Counted from the stretch's first letter, positions 38,401 through 52,754 are shown. The stretch is 64,000 nucleotides of DNA from Azolla caroliniana (GCA_043228905.1 JBHGNT010000004.1:22444001-22508000), one strand, 5' to 3'. Notes: generated by a model from the sequence alone, not told the origin. Translations and numbers: made by a program.

Positions 38401-41165
38401 ACTCGACCCTCAGTTATACCAGCATCAAGTGCACTTGAGCAAGGATGCAAAACCAGTGGCACAAAGACGGTACCGGATGAATCCCAATTATGCTTCCAAG
38501 GTCAAGGAAGAAATCGACAAACTGCTAAGAGTTGGCTTTATCCGTCCGGTAAAGAAAGCGACATGGCTGAGCCCGATCGTAGTCGTACCGAAGAAGAACG
38601 GAAAAATTCGAGTTTGCGTGGACTACCGGAAACTCAATGCGGCTACGGTAACGGATGCGTTTCCACTTCCGTTCACAGATGGAGTATTGGATGCCGTCGC
38701 CGGCCACGAGGTCTATAGCTTCCTAGACGGATTTCTTTACCGGACGGATGCACCCCGACGACCAAGAGAAAACAGCATTCGTCACCGAATGGGGGGTGTT
38801 TGTGGCCGTGGTGATGATGTTCGGACTCAAAACGGCACCGGCAACATTTCAACAAATCATCATGGAAATCTTTGGTGAATATATTCTGGCTTTTATGTAG
38901 GTTTTCCTTGACGATTTCGCCGTCTATAGCCGGGAGGAGGACCATTTTCAGCACCTCCGTCTTTGTCTAGAAAAGTGTAGAGCATACCGGCTAAGCTTGA
39001 ATCCGGCAAAGTGTGTATTTGGCGTGTCCAGTGGAACTTTATTAGGACATATTGTGAGCCAGGAAGGTATTGCAGTCGACCCGGACAAAGTGAAAGCCAT
39101 ATTAGAAGCACCGGCACCGGCAACGGCAAAGGCATTAAGCCGGTTCTTAGGCCAGATCCGGTGGCACAGCCGGATGCTCCGATACCTGGCCGACCTGGCT
39201 ACACCGTTGCATGCCGCCGTACATCGGACACCATTCCAGTGGACCGACACTGAGGATAGGGCGTATAAGGTCCTCAAGGTACTATTGTCGCAGGCACCGG
39301 TAGTGCAGCCTCCGGATTGGAGTAAAGAATTTCACGTGTTCGTGGACGCCTCCGACATCGCAATCGGAAGCGTACTGATGCAACTTACGGAACCAAAGTG
39401 GTACCGGCCAGTGTACTATGCCAGCCGGAAGCTATCCCAAGCAGAGCGGAACTACTCTACTACGGAATGGGAAGCCCTAGGGATGACCTACAGTGTGACA
39501 AAGTTTCGGCACTATTTATTGGGAAGGAAGTTTTCCTTCCATGTAGATCATTCGGCACTCCTTTACCTAGTGTCCAAGGCATCACTCACCGGCAAATTGG
39601 CCTGGTGGACCTTATTGTTACAGGAGTTCGAGTTTGAAATATTCCACCGACCCGGTATACAGCATGTCGTAGCGGATTACTTAAGTCGATTGGAGTCCGG
39701 AGAGACGGGTGACGGAGTATCGGATGAGTTTCCGGATGCGGAGCTATTTCGAGTCACTACGGAGACGGCAGCAGATGAGACAGTGGCCCAGGAAGACAAG
39801 TGGCTCACAAATATGCACCAGTTTCTAAGCATAGGACTGCCTCCGGAATAGCTGAACCGGGACGAACAGAAACGCCTGGCGGTGCAAAGCCGACAATTCT
39901 GCTTATTGCAAGACACATTGTACCACAAGGGCGCGGACGACATATGGAGACGGGCGGTGCGCAACGATGTAAAGGAACTGATACTGAGAGAAGCCCACTG
40001 CGGAGTTGCCGGAGGTCACTATGCCGGAGATGCGACGGCCAGAAAAATATGGCAAAGTGGCCTATGGTGGCCAACGACATTAAGAGATGCGGTACGGTAC
40101 GCAAAAGAATGTGACCTATGCCAGAGAATGGGCCAGCCAATGGAGCAGGCTCGTATGCCACACCAGCCGGTACTACCACTCGAGCCATTCCAAAAGTGGG
40201 GGTTGGACTTTGTAGGACCGTTTAAGCCACCGGCAATGAGAACGGGTAATCGGTACATTATCGTTGCTACGGATTACTGCACGAAATGGGTGGAGGCCAA
40301 AGCTTTATGGGATAACACCGTTGCGTCAACGGCAAAGTTTCTATATGAGTACATCTGGTGCCGTTACGGATGCCCCATTGAATTGATAAGTGACCAAGGG
40401 GGGCACTTTCTTGGACAAGTAGTGGAAAGCCTAACGACCTTCTATGCTGTGGTCCACAAACGAAGCACACCTTACTATCCACAGGCGAACGGATTAGCGG
40501 AATCAACAAACAAGACGCTCCAGAATATCCTTCGGAAGATCATCAACGGGAACCGGATGGATTGGGACACAAAGCTACATAGCGCGGTTTGGGCATACCG
40601 GACGGCATACAAAACGAGCATCCGAACAACACCGTTCCGATTGGCATTCGGACTCGAGGCGGTCATGCCGGTAGAATTCCAAGTACCTAGCTTACGGATC
40701 CAGCTACGAGAACGGCTGAACGAGAAGGAGTCGGAGACAATAAGGTTGACAGCGCTGTGTGAGTTGGAGGAACAACGATTGGCCAACATCCTACATTTAG
40801 AATTGGAGCAACGGCAACGGAAAGCATTCGTCGACCGGCACAGGAAAGGTAACGAAAAAATGTTCGCAATAGGCAAACCGGTGTTAGTATTCCAAAGCCG
40901 GATGGGCAAGATGCCGAGTAAACTAAGGTTTAGATGGACCGGACCGTATTGGCTAACACGGGAGTATAATGGGTCCTACCAGTTAGGGACACTTGCCGGC
41001 GAAGTGCTAGGCAAATGGGTCAACGGATTCCGGTTAAAGGCATATAGAGGACCGATGCCTAAGAACCCGTTTGAGCAAAGGACCGACAACAACCACCAAG
41101 ACGGCAAGCCGGGAACCGGAGAGAATGAGGCCGGTAAGGGCCCGAGAGGACCAACGGACAAGTGA
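35404..41165 (+). pseudogene. B2 gag-pol (GAG-PR-RT-RH-INT) with stops and frameshifts
   Basis: EFRDVFAWSY, WLSPIVVVPKK and FLDD RT; VDASDIAIG RNase H; WGLDFVGP integrase. Confidence 0.92.
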
Positions 41166-41551
41166 CGTCACACTAAGAATAATAATAACTATAATAAAAA
41201 TAAATAAATAAATAAAAACAATCATGCAAAAGCGAGGAATGAATGGATGAAAGAGCGTGGAGCGAAAAGGTACGTAGTGGGCATTTAAAGTGCCACCACA
41301 GGACATAATGCTATTTTAAGTACGTGACATGCACAAACTCAAAAAAGGCGCCAGAATGCACAGACAAAAACCATTGCGCGTAGAGACCCTCTACTTTCGC
41401 GAACCCAGGAGCACAGAAGCACCGAAACGCTGCAAGATCATCAGACGAGAACTTGCGCACAGAGAACCCCGCCTTCTGAACACTCTCTCTTTCTCAACCC
41501 CACTCTCATCACCATCCATCCTCGCCACCGCAATCCGACCCCGACACAGAG

Positions 41552-44263
41552 ATGGACCCGCAAACGCTGTCGGAAGCCGCCAAGACATGGCTGAAGCAAC
41601 ACGGGCTCGAGGGCTTCTTGATGATGATGGAAGTACCGCCACACAAAGAAGCCGACAAAGTGATCAAGGAAATCGATACAGAGGTCATAATGGCAGAGGC
41701 GATTCGAGCGTTAACAAGCCTTCCGGAGGGAGGCATACTCACGATCGACAAGGGCTACCGGACACAGGGCGGCGGAGATATGTTGTTCCGCGAAATTGCT
41801 CGTGTGCTCCATGAATACGGCCACGTGTACCCTAGACCCCCTGTCATGCCGCAGAACCGGGCAGGGATGATCATCGCCACCTATGAAGGGATCAAGGTGG
41901 ATTGGCCAGTATTGATCGCAGACGGGTTGTGTGCGGCGATCGAGATCGTCAGAGGCAAAGACAGCAAAGAAGGCCGAGACGGACGAAGAATATGGCACGC
42001 CGTAACGCAGTGGCTCACCTTGCTGGTGCCACCCGTTCAGACCGTCCAGTCCAAGAAGCGAGGAAGAGTGGCGGACGGCACCCCAAGGACGGCTTCCAAA
42101 CGGCAATAGTTGTTGGCCTCTAAGCCCAGTAAGGGAAAGGCGGCGGATGCAGAACAGGCGGCAGGAGGAAGTGGCAGCCGGAAGCGCCCAATGGAGGCGC
42201 AGGAGGAACCACCGGCACGGCCCGTAAAGGTCACACTCCACCGACCGGTGAATCGAGAAGTGGACCCCTTGGTGGCAAAACTCAATGCCGGAGCTCAGGA
42301 GGAGGAAATAGAGGAGGAGTCTACGGAGCACCTCCAGCGACGGTCGTCGGCAAGGACAGTTGAGGCAGCCGGGAAACGTTCGAACCCTCAAACAGAGGGA
42401 ACACCGGCTCCCCATACTGAGACTCTTACGCCAAGGAAGGAACCGGAACCGGTGCAGATGGCACCGGAAACAGAAGCCCCGGCACCACCGGCAACACCGG
42501 CGAGTCCTATCCCACCAGAGCCGGAAAGGTCAATGCAGACCTCGGTTAGCGAAGAAGAAGTGCAAGGGGAACCAGGACAGCAGGATGGTCCACACGGGCA
42601 GAAACGGAACTGCAACTCGGCCCAACCAGGAGGGACCACCCCTCTACAAGTGAGCCCATCTGTCAAACCTTCGTGTGAGCACAACAAGGCACCGGTAGCC
42701 TGTGGCTCCGGTGGATAGGCGAACAGATAGCCGGAGCAGTGGGGTATATAGAGGCGGAAGAAAGAGCGCAAAGCGAACGGTTGCTCGTCACAACCGAACA
42801 ACTAGAGACGGCCTGGTCTAGAATCCGGTGCCTTGAAAAACACTTGGATCAGGTCACGACAGAGATGGCCAAAATACGGATCCAATCACCGGTGACTCCG
42901 GTAAGTGTACAGAATAAAGAAACGGAACGACCTGTACATAGCAATAAGACCCCGGCAACGGAAACCGTTCCGGCGAGAGATGCGGCGCAAGCTCAGGAGC
43001 TTGCGGAATTGAGAGAGGAACTTGCCGCACAAGAAGCGCTAAGGAGCCGTGAACGAGAATTGAAGACGGCGGCCGAAGCCGAATTAAAGAAGACTGCTGA
43101 GAACCTCCGCCGGGCAGAGGAGAGCCTCCGAAAGGCCATCAAGCGTACGACCGGCTAAAGGAGGAGAAAGACAAAGTGCTGCAGGAAAAGGACAAGCTGC
43201 GGAAAACGGCGGAGACAGAGATTGAACGGCTAAAGGAAGAGCTCCGCGAGCAGAAGGACCGCGAGGACCGGGCCCGTCGTCAGATCAACGCACGGCTCAA
43301 GCAAAAGACGGATGATTTTGAGCACCTACACCAGGACTACAAACGGCTGGAAACGGAGCATAAAGAACGGATGGCCGAGCTCCAGCAGGCAGTTGATCGG
43401 GCCGCGACGACGATCGCCGACGAACGGGCGTAAAATACAAGACGCTTGGAAGAGGCGGAGAAGGTCCAGATGGAGCTCCAGAGGCAGCAGCAGGAAGACA
43501 AAGAGAGAGAGTCAACAGTATTGCAGAAATTACAAAGCACATATCAAAGGCAATTGACGCATTACAAGGCGCAGGCGGAGGACAACGTCAAAATCATCAA
43601 ACAACTGAAGGAGGAACGGCAAGCGGCGGAAACCAAATCGCAATTGGGAACGAGCCGGATTCAGTCCATCCTCCGGGCATGCTAAATCAGACGAAACACT
43701 TGATTGATGAAAGCTCCGTAAAATGGTGGACAAACTGGGCACAAAACGCGGCGGAACTCCAGTTGCTACGGGCGGATGTGGCAAACCGGCGGAAGGAAGG
43801 AGATGACTGTTATGCGTTGACTTCTGAGGATTTCACCGCGATACGGGACAAGTTGGCCGACGACTTCCAAGTCCTGGCAGATGAACAGCTGGCGCAGGTC
43901 AGGCAGCTCGTAGCTCAGCTGGACGATGATAGGCTGGACGCTCAAATCCAGTTTGAAAGCTACGAGCGGTCCCGGGTACGGGAAGAAAAAGCACGGGAAG
44001 CGACAACGGTTAACCTTAGTGATGAGGAACCGTCGTCGGCTGAGGGCCAGTCGGGAACCAGTCAACCGGAGACCACTACGACGCAGGGAGCAACGACGGA
44101 GACGCCGGTGTCAAAGCCACAATCGGAGGAGCAGCCGCAACAACCACCAACGGACCCGCCACAGCAGACTGCAACAGAACAACAACAACAACAACCACCA
44201 CTTCCAGATGAACCATTGGAGCCTCTCGAACAAAGCATTCTGGACATTTTGGACAAAGAATAG
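41552..44263 (+). pseudogene. B2 extra ORF3 (coiled-coil protein), disrupted
   Basis: Collinear with B1 ORF3; its lesions (57-nt deletion, stops, three frameshifts) differ from those in B1. Confidence 0.8.
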
Positions 44264-44317
44264 CAAGGGTCGATTGTGGATTCGACGTACATGGTACTGT
44301 CCCACGGGCGTGCCATG

Positions 44318-44753
44318 TGTTACCGGCCGGCAAAGGAGTCCAAAGTGGGAAACGGAGAGCTAATTAAGTAGTAGGAATGTGGTTGTAATTAAGCTATGAG
44401 TGTGGATGGACGGACCGGAATCGGTATGCCGTTCCGGATCCGGACCGATCCCGAACAGGTGCGGATGGCACCGTTTTGTAATACAGACCGGAAACCTATT
44501 TAAAGGCCCAGATACAATGTAATAGTTAGCGGTTAATTAATGAAAGCTTAAGCGTTGTTATCTTTCTGTGTTAATTGTCGTTCTGTCTTAATTGTTATAT
44601 CTTACGCGTGTGTTATGAAAGACGATCATAATAAGTAACTTAACCAAGTAGGATTAAGCGTTGAAGTCTAATCCGGTTGCCGTAACACCCTTTGGTGAAG
44701 TGTCCCCCGTAGACACCCTGTGTTAGGCCATTGTCCGGCCCGAAGAGTTAATA
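44318..44753 (+). repeat. B2 3' LTR
   Basis: TGTTACC...TTAATA (CA->TA) followed by TSD GACAC. Confidence 0.93.
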
Positions 44754-44758
44754 GACAC

Positions 44759-47231
44759 GTCTCATGAGTCGTAGGGTTTGTACTAGGACCTGGTTTACGA
44801 GGATATTGGCAATGAAATGCGGTGACCATGTCCGCGGCATTGGAAAGTTTTGTTGTAGGTTCCCAAGTTTGATCATTGGGGATATAGCCTAACCAATCAA
44901 CCAAGTAATACAACTTGTTTTGCATGATTTTAGAATCGAGAATGGCAACAACCTCAAATTTGGGTCCTTCCAAGAACTCAACGGGTGGTGGGGGTATTGT
45001 AAGACGGCCCAAATTTGAACTTGTTGGGTAAGGTTCCAAAAAGGGACACATGAAACGCCGGATGAAGATGCATGTGTGGAGGGAGGCCAAGACGAAACGC
45101 AACATCACTTACCTTACCAGTGATTATGTAAGGGCCAAAACGTTGGCAATCCAATTTACTACAAGGCTGAGTGTTCTTGATGGTGTGTTGGAGAAGCCAT
45201 ACAATATCCCCAACACGGAAAGTTTTGGAGGAGTCTAGGCGATGACGATCCGCAAGCCGCTTATGTGTAACTTGAGCATCATGCAAATTGTGAAGAATGG
45301 TAGCGTGAATTTCTTGGAGGCGACTAAGACAATCCTCAACAACAGGGTTGGTAGGAACGTCTGGATGCACATTCATCGCCCACTGAGGATGACAGCCCAT
45401 ATTTGCGAAAGAATGGAGAATATCCTGTAGAAGAATGGACTGAGTTGTTGTAAACGAATTCAGCCAAGTGCAAAAAATCAACCCAAACATCTTGTTGGTA
45501 GTTGATGAAACAACGAAGATATTACTCCAAAGTCTAGTTGGTACACTCAGTTTGGCCATTAGTCTCGTGAGTCAAAAATTGCACCCATCGGGCTTATGGG
45601 CAACTCAAGACTCGAGCATTTTGGAAATATGTCAGGTTCTTATGATCGTTGTAAACAATTATTTGATGAGAAGAACCTTCCAAAAAATATCGTCATTGTT
45701 GAAAAGAATCCACAATTGCAAGAAGTTCTTTGTCATGGATCTCGTAGTTGATCTCTACAGGTTCAAACTTTCGGGAATGAAAGGCAACAGGGTGTAGATG
45801 TCCATCATCTCCAAACTGCGATAGGACATTCCCTAGTGCAAAATCGGATGCATCAGCTTCAGCGATGAAGCATTTTGTTGGGTCGACATGTGCTAAAATA
45901 GGTGTTGTTGTAAATGCTTGTTTTGAGCTTTCAAATGCTTCGGCTGCATCTGAACTCCATATGAATGGCTGAGATTTTTGTGTGTGAGTTGAGAAGGCAG
46001 AAGCACAACCTTGAAATAATCTTTAATAAATTTTTGATAAAAATTTGCAAACCCGAGAAAACATTGTACATCGCGCACTGATAAGGGCGTCTGCCACTCT
46101 AAAATTGCTTGCACCTTCATGGGGTCCATAGCAATACCATCTTATGATACAACATACCCCAAAAATTCCACTTGATTCTAGCCGAAACTACACTTTTCTA
46201 ATTTTGCGTAGAGACCATATTCTTGTAGTCGACGTAGTACTTGACGAACATGTTCATCATGCTCCTATTGGGTCTTCGAGTAGATTAAGATGTCATCTAG
46301 GTAAACTATAGTGAAGATATCGAGAAAATCTCGAAAAATATCATTCGCCATGTGTTGGAAAACTGAAGGTACATTCGTGAGACCGAATGGCATCACAGTA
46401 TACTCGAAATGTCCATAGCGAGTGCGAAAAGTAGTCTTCCATTCATCCCCCGAATGAATCCGAACTAGATTATATGCACCACAAAGGTCCAACTTCGTGA
46501 AATATTTTGGTCCACTGAGACGTTCCAAAAGATTCGGAATTAACGTTAGAGCATATATATTCCGAGTAGTCACTTTGTTTAGGCCTTGATAATCCATGAC
46601 CAAATGAAGAGTCCCATTCTTTTTCTTAACGAAGAAGATAGGTGCACCAGCCGGGGATCTAGAGTGCCGAATGAATCCGTTTGACAGATTCTTATCAATA
46701 TATTCCCACAAAATCTGTAGCTCTACAGGGGAGAGATTATAAATTGGGCCCCATGGAGGTTCTTTCCCTGGTTGTAAGTCAATAGGGCAGTCATATGACC
46801 GATGCTCCGGCAATGTATTGGCCTTTACCTTATCAAAGACGTCCAAGCACTCTTTGTATTTCTTTGGTAGTTTAATGTCCGCTTCATGTAAAGTGGGTGA
46901 TGGAGTTGCTACTATTGCGAAGATGAACATGGCCTCGTTCCCCCCTTCCTCACACAACTGACGTAGAGAGATGGTCGATAACTTAGGGGGATCTAGTATC
47001 ACATGTCGGACATTCGAGGGATGCGGGCTTTGTTCTTTGTTCTTGGGTTTCCTCAATTGTTCTTTTCATCCAATCAATCTTTGGGTTATGGAGTTCAAAC
47101 CAAGGGAGACCTAGAACTATTGGGTGTTCTGGACTGCAAATAATGTCGAAAGAGATTATGCTTGCCAAATCACCAAGAACTATCCGAATTGGCTCAGACT
47201 CCTCGACTATATCACCCGATGCTATGGGACG
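44759..47231 (-). pseudogene. Chromovirus H pol (protease end, RT, RNase H, partially deleted integrase, chromodomain); Tcn1-like
   Basis: [26 protein letters not shown] and YLDD; chromodomain YYLVDWLGY..TWEP; RNase H end ARWVQFLTH fused directly to integrase ETNGQTE at ~45565. Confidence 0.88.
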
Positions 47232-50200
47232 TGTCGAATACAAGTGTATAATGGACGTATTCACACTATCCCTTTGTATAGATCAAGTTTGGGCCATTTG
47301 TGTAATTAGCATAAATGGTAGTTGCCCTAAGTCGGTCACTATATATAGTGACCTTGTAACCTTTTTGTAAGGTTGGTTGTATTATTGTTTCTATTGAATA
47401 GAAAGTCTTTTGTGTGTGTGTGTCTCTCTCTCTCTCTCTGTGTGCACGATCTTAGAAACTGTCATACGCATGTACTCAACACGAATCGAATGCTATTTTG
47501 ATCTTCCGCATTGACGGCCTTGTCTCCAACATCTGGTATCAGAGCCTGCACAGTATTCGGTCCTTCATCCCGCTGTCGGCCGTCGTCTCAGCCTGCACAG
47601 CATTCGGTTTCTTGCGTCATTCGAAGAAGAGAGAAGAAGAAGAAAAACGAGGCTTGCATCTCATCGCGTTAGATCATCTTCGCTTGGAGTAAGCCAGCAG
47701 GTTGTACTCTGTTCCTTGTGATCGTAACCGCTCGAGGTGAAATCCCCTTGTGCAACATTGACACGATCGTGCTCCACTCGGTTAAACGGCATCCGAAGAG
47801 GTCATCAAACGCTGCTCGCCGCTCATTGTAACCACTCGGTGCAGATCGGTCTCAAGACAACAACCCCAATTCGTGCTTCATCCGGTTGATCGACATTCGG
47901 GAGGATCAGTTGGATCCGTCTCTCTCGTCGCTGCAGTCACCCGAAGCAGAATCGGTCCAGACAATCGGTTTCAATAATCGGTATTTGGCATATATATTCG
48001 GAAGCGAACCAGGCTCACTCCGACTCGGCAACATTCGGGAAGACCAGTCGGTTCTGTCCCTCAAGTTACCGGAGTCAATTCGAGCAAGTTCAACAATACA
48101 TATATCCGAAGCCGAACCGACTCGGGTTCAAATCCGACTAGAACGATATCGGGTGAGCCAACCGGCTGCACTCCAACAAGGTTCGTAGTCAACTCCGAAC
48201 CGAGCTTCGTCAACCGAAACCAAATTTGATGGCATCAACATCCGGCTCGTCAGAAATGAGTCTACGAAAGTTCGATGGATCGAACTTCAACTTCTGGAAG
48301 GAGCAAATGCAGGACTATCTCATAGTCAAGGGGCAAATCGATCCCATCGAAAATGAAGAACCTCCAGAAGGATACAAACCAATTGAGTGGCAGAAGCTGG
48401 ACAGAATCGTCCGCGCCACGATTCGGATGCACCTATCGGAATCGGTATACTTTACGGTGCAATCGTGTACGACAGCATTCGAACTGTGGAAAACACTGTC
48501 GGACACCTACGAAAAGAAGGTCGCTGCAACAAAGATGTTTCTGATCCGGCGCCTCTACAACTTGCGGATGAAAGAATCAGATTCGGTTCAAGCACATCTC
48601 AATGAGTACGAAAGCATAAGCTCCCAAATCTCATCTCAGGGGACGGCAATCGAGGATGAACTCAGAGCAATGATACTCATGAGCAGCCTTCCCTCATCAT
48701 GGGAAACTTTCGTCACAACCGTGTGCAACGCGTCAACCACGGCTGTTAAATACTCCGAAGTCACGAGCGCAATCCTGACCGAAGCAGCTCGGAGAAAGTC
48801 TTTCGCCAAAGACTCAACAGACGACGCTTATGTAGTACAAGGTTCGACAGACCGATCGAACATACGAGGAAGAGATTCCTCACGGCAGCCGAACAATCAG
48901 CGAAGACGGAGCCAGTCACGGGATAATCGAATCTGCAACTATTGCAAGAAACCCGGACACATCAAAGCCGACTGCCGCGCACTCAAGAACAAGAACGACA
49001 AGTCTCAGAAATCAGACAAGAAGAGTGGCCGGCATGAGGAGATCAATTACGTCAGCTTCTCAGCTGATGTGCTACCAAACGACCCGAATATACTATCAAT
49101 CGAAAATCCAGTCGGATCAGAAGTTCTGCTCACGACTGAAGAATCGAGCACATGGCTCTTAGATTCGGGCGCGTCATTTCACGTGACTCCTCATCGATCC
49201 CAATTTCGGCAATATACGATCCGTCACTCCGACTCGGTTCGAGTCGGCAACTCGCAACACTGTGACATCATTGGAATCGGCACAGTAGAGCTCAACCTTG
49301 CAGGTGGCTCTACACTTGTACTTCACAATGTCCGACATGTACCCGAGCTCTCAAGGCCATTGATCTCAGTCGGACAACTAGATGAAGACGGCATTCGTGC
49401 CGGTTTTTCTTCGGGAGGGTGGACACTCCACAGGGGGAACCTCCTGCTTGCTAGAGGACCCAAGATACACTCACTGTATCCATTACATGTTACGCTCAGA
49501 GAGCGTAACCTGTTTTTGGTGGATATTCCTGTGTCATCACTATGGCACAGAAGATTAGGACACCTCAGCAAGGCCGGCATTACGCACCTATCTAGAGCCG
49601 GATACATCCCTAAACTCTCCTTCTCGGACCATCAATTCTGCGAACATTGCCAGTATGGCAAACAAGCAGCCGCATCACACCCGACATCAGCACCAAGAGA
49701 AACGAGACCTCTCGATTTAGTCCACTCGGACGTCTGTGGCCCAATGCCGCATCAGTCTCTCGGCGGTGCCTCTTACTTCGTCAGTTTTATTGACGATTCG
49801 ACTCGGAAGGTGTGGGCTTATCCAATTCGCACCAAAGATCGTGTCTTCTCGATCTTCTCCGATTGGCTCGCTATGGTAGAAAATCAAACTGACCGAAAAC
49901 TGAAATGCTTTCGGACCGACAATGGGGGAGAGTTCAAATCAGAAGAATTCGTCAAATTCTGCCGACAACGCGGCATCCGACGTGAATTTACGGCACCACA
50001 CAGTCCGGAGCAAAACGGGATTGCAGAACGCATGAATCGGACAATCCAAGAACGGATAGTTTCCATGCTCCAACACTCCGGACTGTTGGATGGCTTCTGG
50101 GCAGAGGCTCTACTCACGGCAGTACACATAATCAATATGTCGCCAAGCAGACCTCTAGGACTTCAAATTCCTCAGGAACTATGGATCGGCAGTAATCCGA

Positions 50201-52749
50201 ATTACGACAAGCTGAGGATCTTCGGATGCGAGGCGTACGCCCTTATTCCGAAAGATGATCGCCGAAAACTTGCACCTCGGTCCAGGAAATGCATTTTCCT
50301 TGGATATGGATCAGACGGCGAAATGGGATACCGACTCTGGGACCCCGAACGCAGACAAATCATTCGAAGTTCGGACGTTGTGTTCAACGAGTCGGCTATG
50401 AATCCATCAGTCGAAAAACCGATCGAAGCCCGAAGGGTAACATTTTCCGATGTGCCGACCCTTCAAGAAGGCCCCGCTCTTAACACACGGTCAACTTCAC
50501 GGGTAGCTGAACCTTACACCACCGACTCGGACAACTCTGACTCGGCACAGCAGAATAATTCGCTTTCGGACCATCCGACCTCGATACCCGATGCGACCAA
50601 TCCAATCATACCTCGACGATCCGAGAGACTGTCGCAACCTCCGGAGAGGTATTCTCCTGGAATTTTCTTCACCGACGCCGGCGAACCGACGTCTTACGAA
50701 GAAGCATCGACATCTGTCGATTCAGCCACCTGGCATCTGGCGATGGAGTCGGAAATGCACTCCATTCGGGCAAACAAGACTTGGGATCTGGTCGAATTAC
50801 CTAAGAATCGACGTGCTCTTCCTTGCAAGTGGGTTTATCGACTAAAAGAGACGTCTGATTCGACCACCCCAAAGTACAAGGCCAGATTAGTTGCGAAGGG
50901 CTTCCGACAAGAATATGGCGTCGACTTCGACGAGATTTTTTCACCAGTGGTGAAAATGACAACCCTTCGTTTCCTACTCGGCGTAGTGGCAGCCGACAAC
51001 TTGGAGCTGATTCAGCTAGATGTCAAGACAGCCTTCCTCCATGGCGATCTTGAAGAGGAAATTTATATGGAGCAGCCAAAAGGCTTCGTGGCAACTGGCC
51101 AAGAACATCTAGTCTGCCGACTCAAGAAGAGTCTATACGGCCTCAAATAGGCACCGCGACAATGGTACAAGAAGTTCGACGACTTCATCCAATCGATCGG
51201 CTTCTCAAAAAGCGATGAGGACCATTGTCTTTTTACCAACACAGCTCAAGATGGATCACCCATCTTCCTCATCATCTACGTGGACGACATGCTAATTTCT
51301 GGACGCCACGCGGGCGAACTTGCCGATCTCATTCGGCAACTGCAGTTGAAGTTTGCCATGAAGGACCTCGGTCCGGCACGACACATACTCGGCATGAAGA
51401 TTAGTCGGCATCGCGACAAACGACATCTTTTTTTGTCTCAGACCGACTATATCGGACGTGTCTTGGAACGCTTCAACATGCAATCAGCCAAATCTGCTTC
51501 AACCCCGCTCCCCATGAATCTTCGGCTCTCTCAGCGAGACTGCCCGACATCCGGTCCGGAGGGGGAAGATATGAAGTCGGTACCGTATGCACCGGCAGTC
51601 GGCTCCCTTATGTACCTGATGGTCGCGACACGGCCTGATATTTCTCATGCCGTAGGAGTCGTTAGCAGATTTATGCACAATCCTGGCCGATCGCATTGGA
51701 ACGCAGTCAAGCATGTGTTCAAATATCTGGCTGGCACAAAAGATCACGGCATTCTTTTCGGTCCGAACTCAACCTCAGGCGTAGTCGGTTACACCGACTC
51801 GGACTTCGCCGGCTGTATAGACAGTCGGAAATCAACAACCGGATACTGCTTCAAATTTGGCAATGGAGCAATTTCGTGGAAGTCGAAACTTCAGGAGTGC
51901 ACAGCGACCTCAACGACCGAAGCAGAATATGTAGCTGCGTCCGACGCTGCAAAAGAAGCTTTGTGGCTCGGCCGGCTGGTGCACACGTTTCGGCAAGTCG
52001 ACCATGACTCGGCTCCAGTTGTCTATAGCGACAGTCAAGGTGCTGTTGCCTTGTCGAGAAATCCGGTTCACCACAACGCCTCCAAACATATCGACGTTCG
52101 ATATCACTTCGTTCGGGACTGCATCATTTCAGGGAAAATCGGTCTAGAGAAAATATCCACAACCGACAATGTCGCAGATGGAATGACCAAGTGTCTTTCG
52201 GCAGAACGCTTTCGGTCCCTTCGGCATCAGATGGGCGTAACGACAAAGCAGTCCGGTTAGAGCCGGACACAGCGCAGGATGGTTTCAGACAACCGACATC
52301 AGTTCCCTAATGATCGGCTTCAACTCTTCCGACCCGACCAGTCCGGTCTTCTGCCTTCGGACCCTGCCGACTCGAACAAAACTGATATGTCCGAGAACCT
52401 AGGTTTATACCTGTAATCTTAGATAACCCATGTATACGCCCATTACGGGGGAGTGTCGAATACAAGTGTATAATGGACGTATTCACACTATCCCTTTGTA
52501 TAGATCAAGTTTGGGCCATTTGTGTAATTAGCATAAATGGTAGTTGCCCTAAGTCGGTCACTATATATAGTGACCTTGTAACCTTTTTGTAAGGTTGGTT
52601 GTATTATTGTTTCTATTGAATAGAAAGTCTTTTGTGTCTCTCTCTCTCTCTCTCTCTCTGTGCACGATCTTAGAAACTGTCATACGCAGGTACTCAACAC
52701 GAATCGAATGCTATTTTGATCTTCCGCATTGACGGCCTTGTCTCCAACA
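47232..52749 (+). mobile_element. Ty1/Copia element D2 (same family as D1), full length, inserted in the H protease
   Basis: LTRs 47232-47531 and 52454-52749; TSD GGACG at 47227-47231 and 52750-52754; PBS TGGTATCAGAGCC at 47534-47546; PPT 52445-52453. Confidence 0.97.
48229..52260 (+). pseudogene. D2 gag-pol with a single CAG->TAG stop at 51148-51150
   Basis: ORFs 48226..51150 and 51280..52260 are in the same frame and near-identical to D1. Confidence 0.92.
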
Positions 52750-52754
52750 GGACG

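Larger units (their letters stand above)
27658..44753 (+). mobile_element. Ty3/Gypsy element B2 (Athila-like, full domain set plus ORF3), inserted in H; its 5' LTR is split by C
   Basis: 5' LTR 27658-27940 plus 35206-35351; 3' LTR 44318-44753; TSD GACAC at 27653-27657 and 44754-44758; PBS TGGCGACCA at 35359. Confidence 0.93.

Noticed and set aside
47886-48188. 100-aa upstream ORF in Copia D, present in both copies
   Set aside because: No ATG start, and the copies are too similar for shared openness to be informative.
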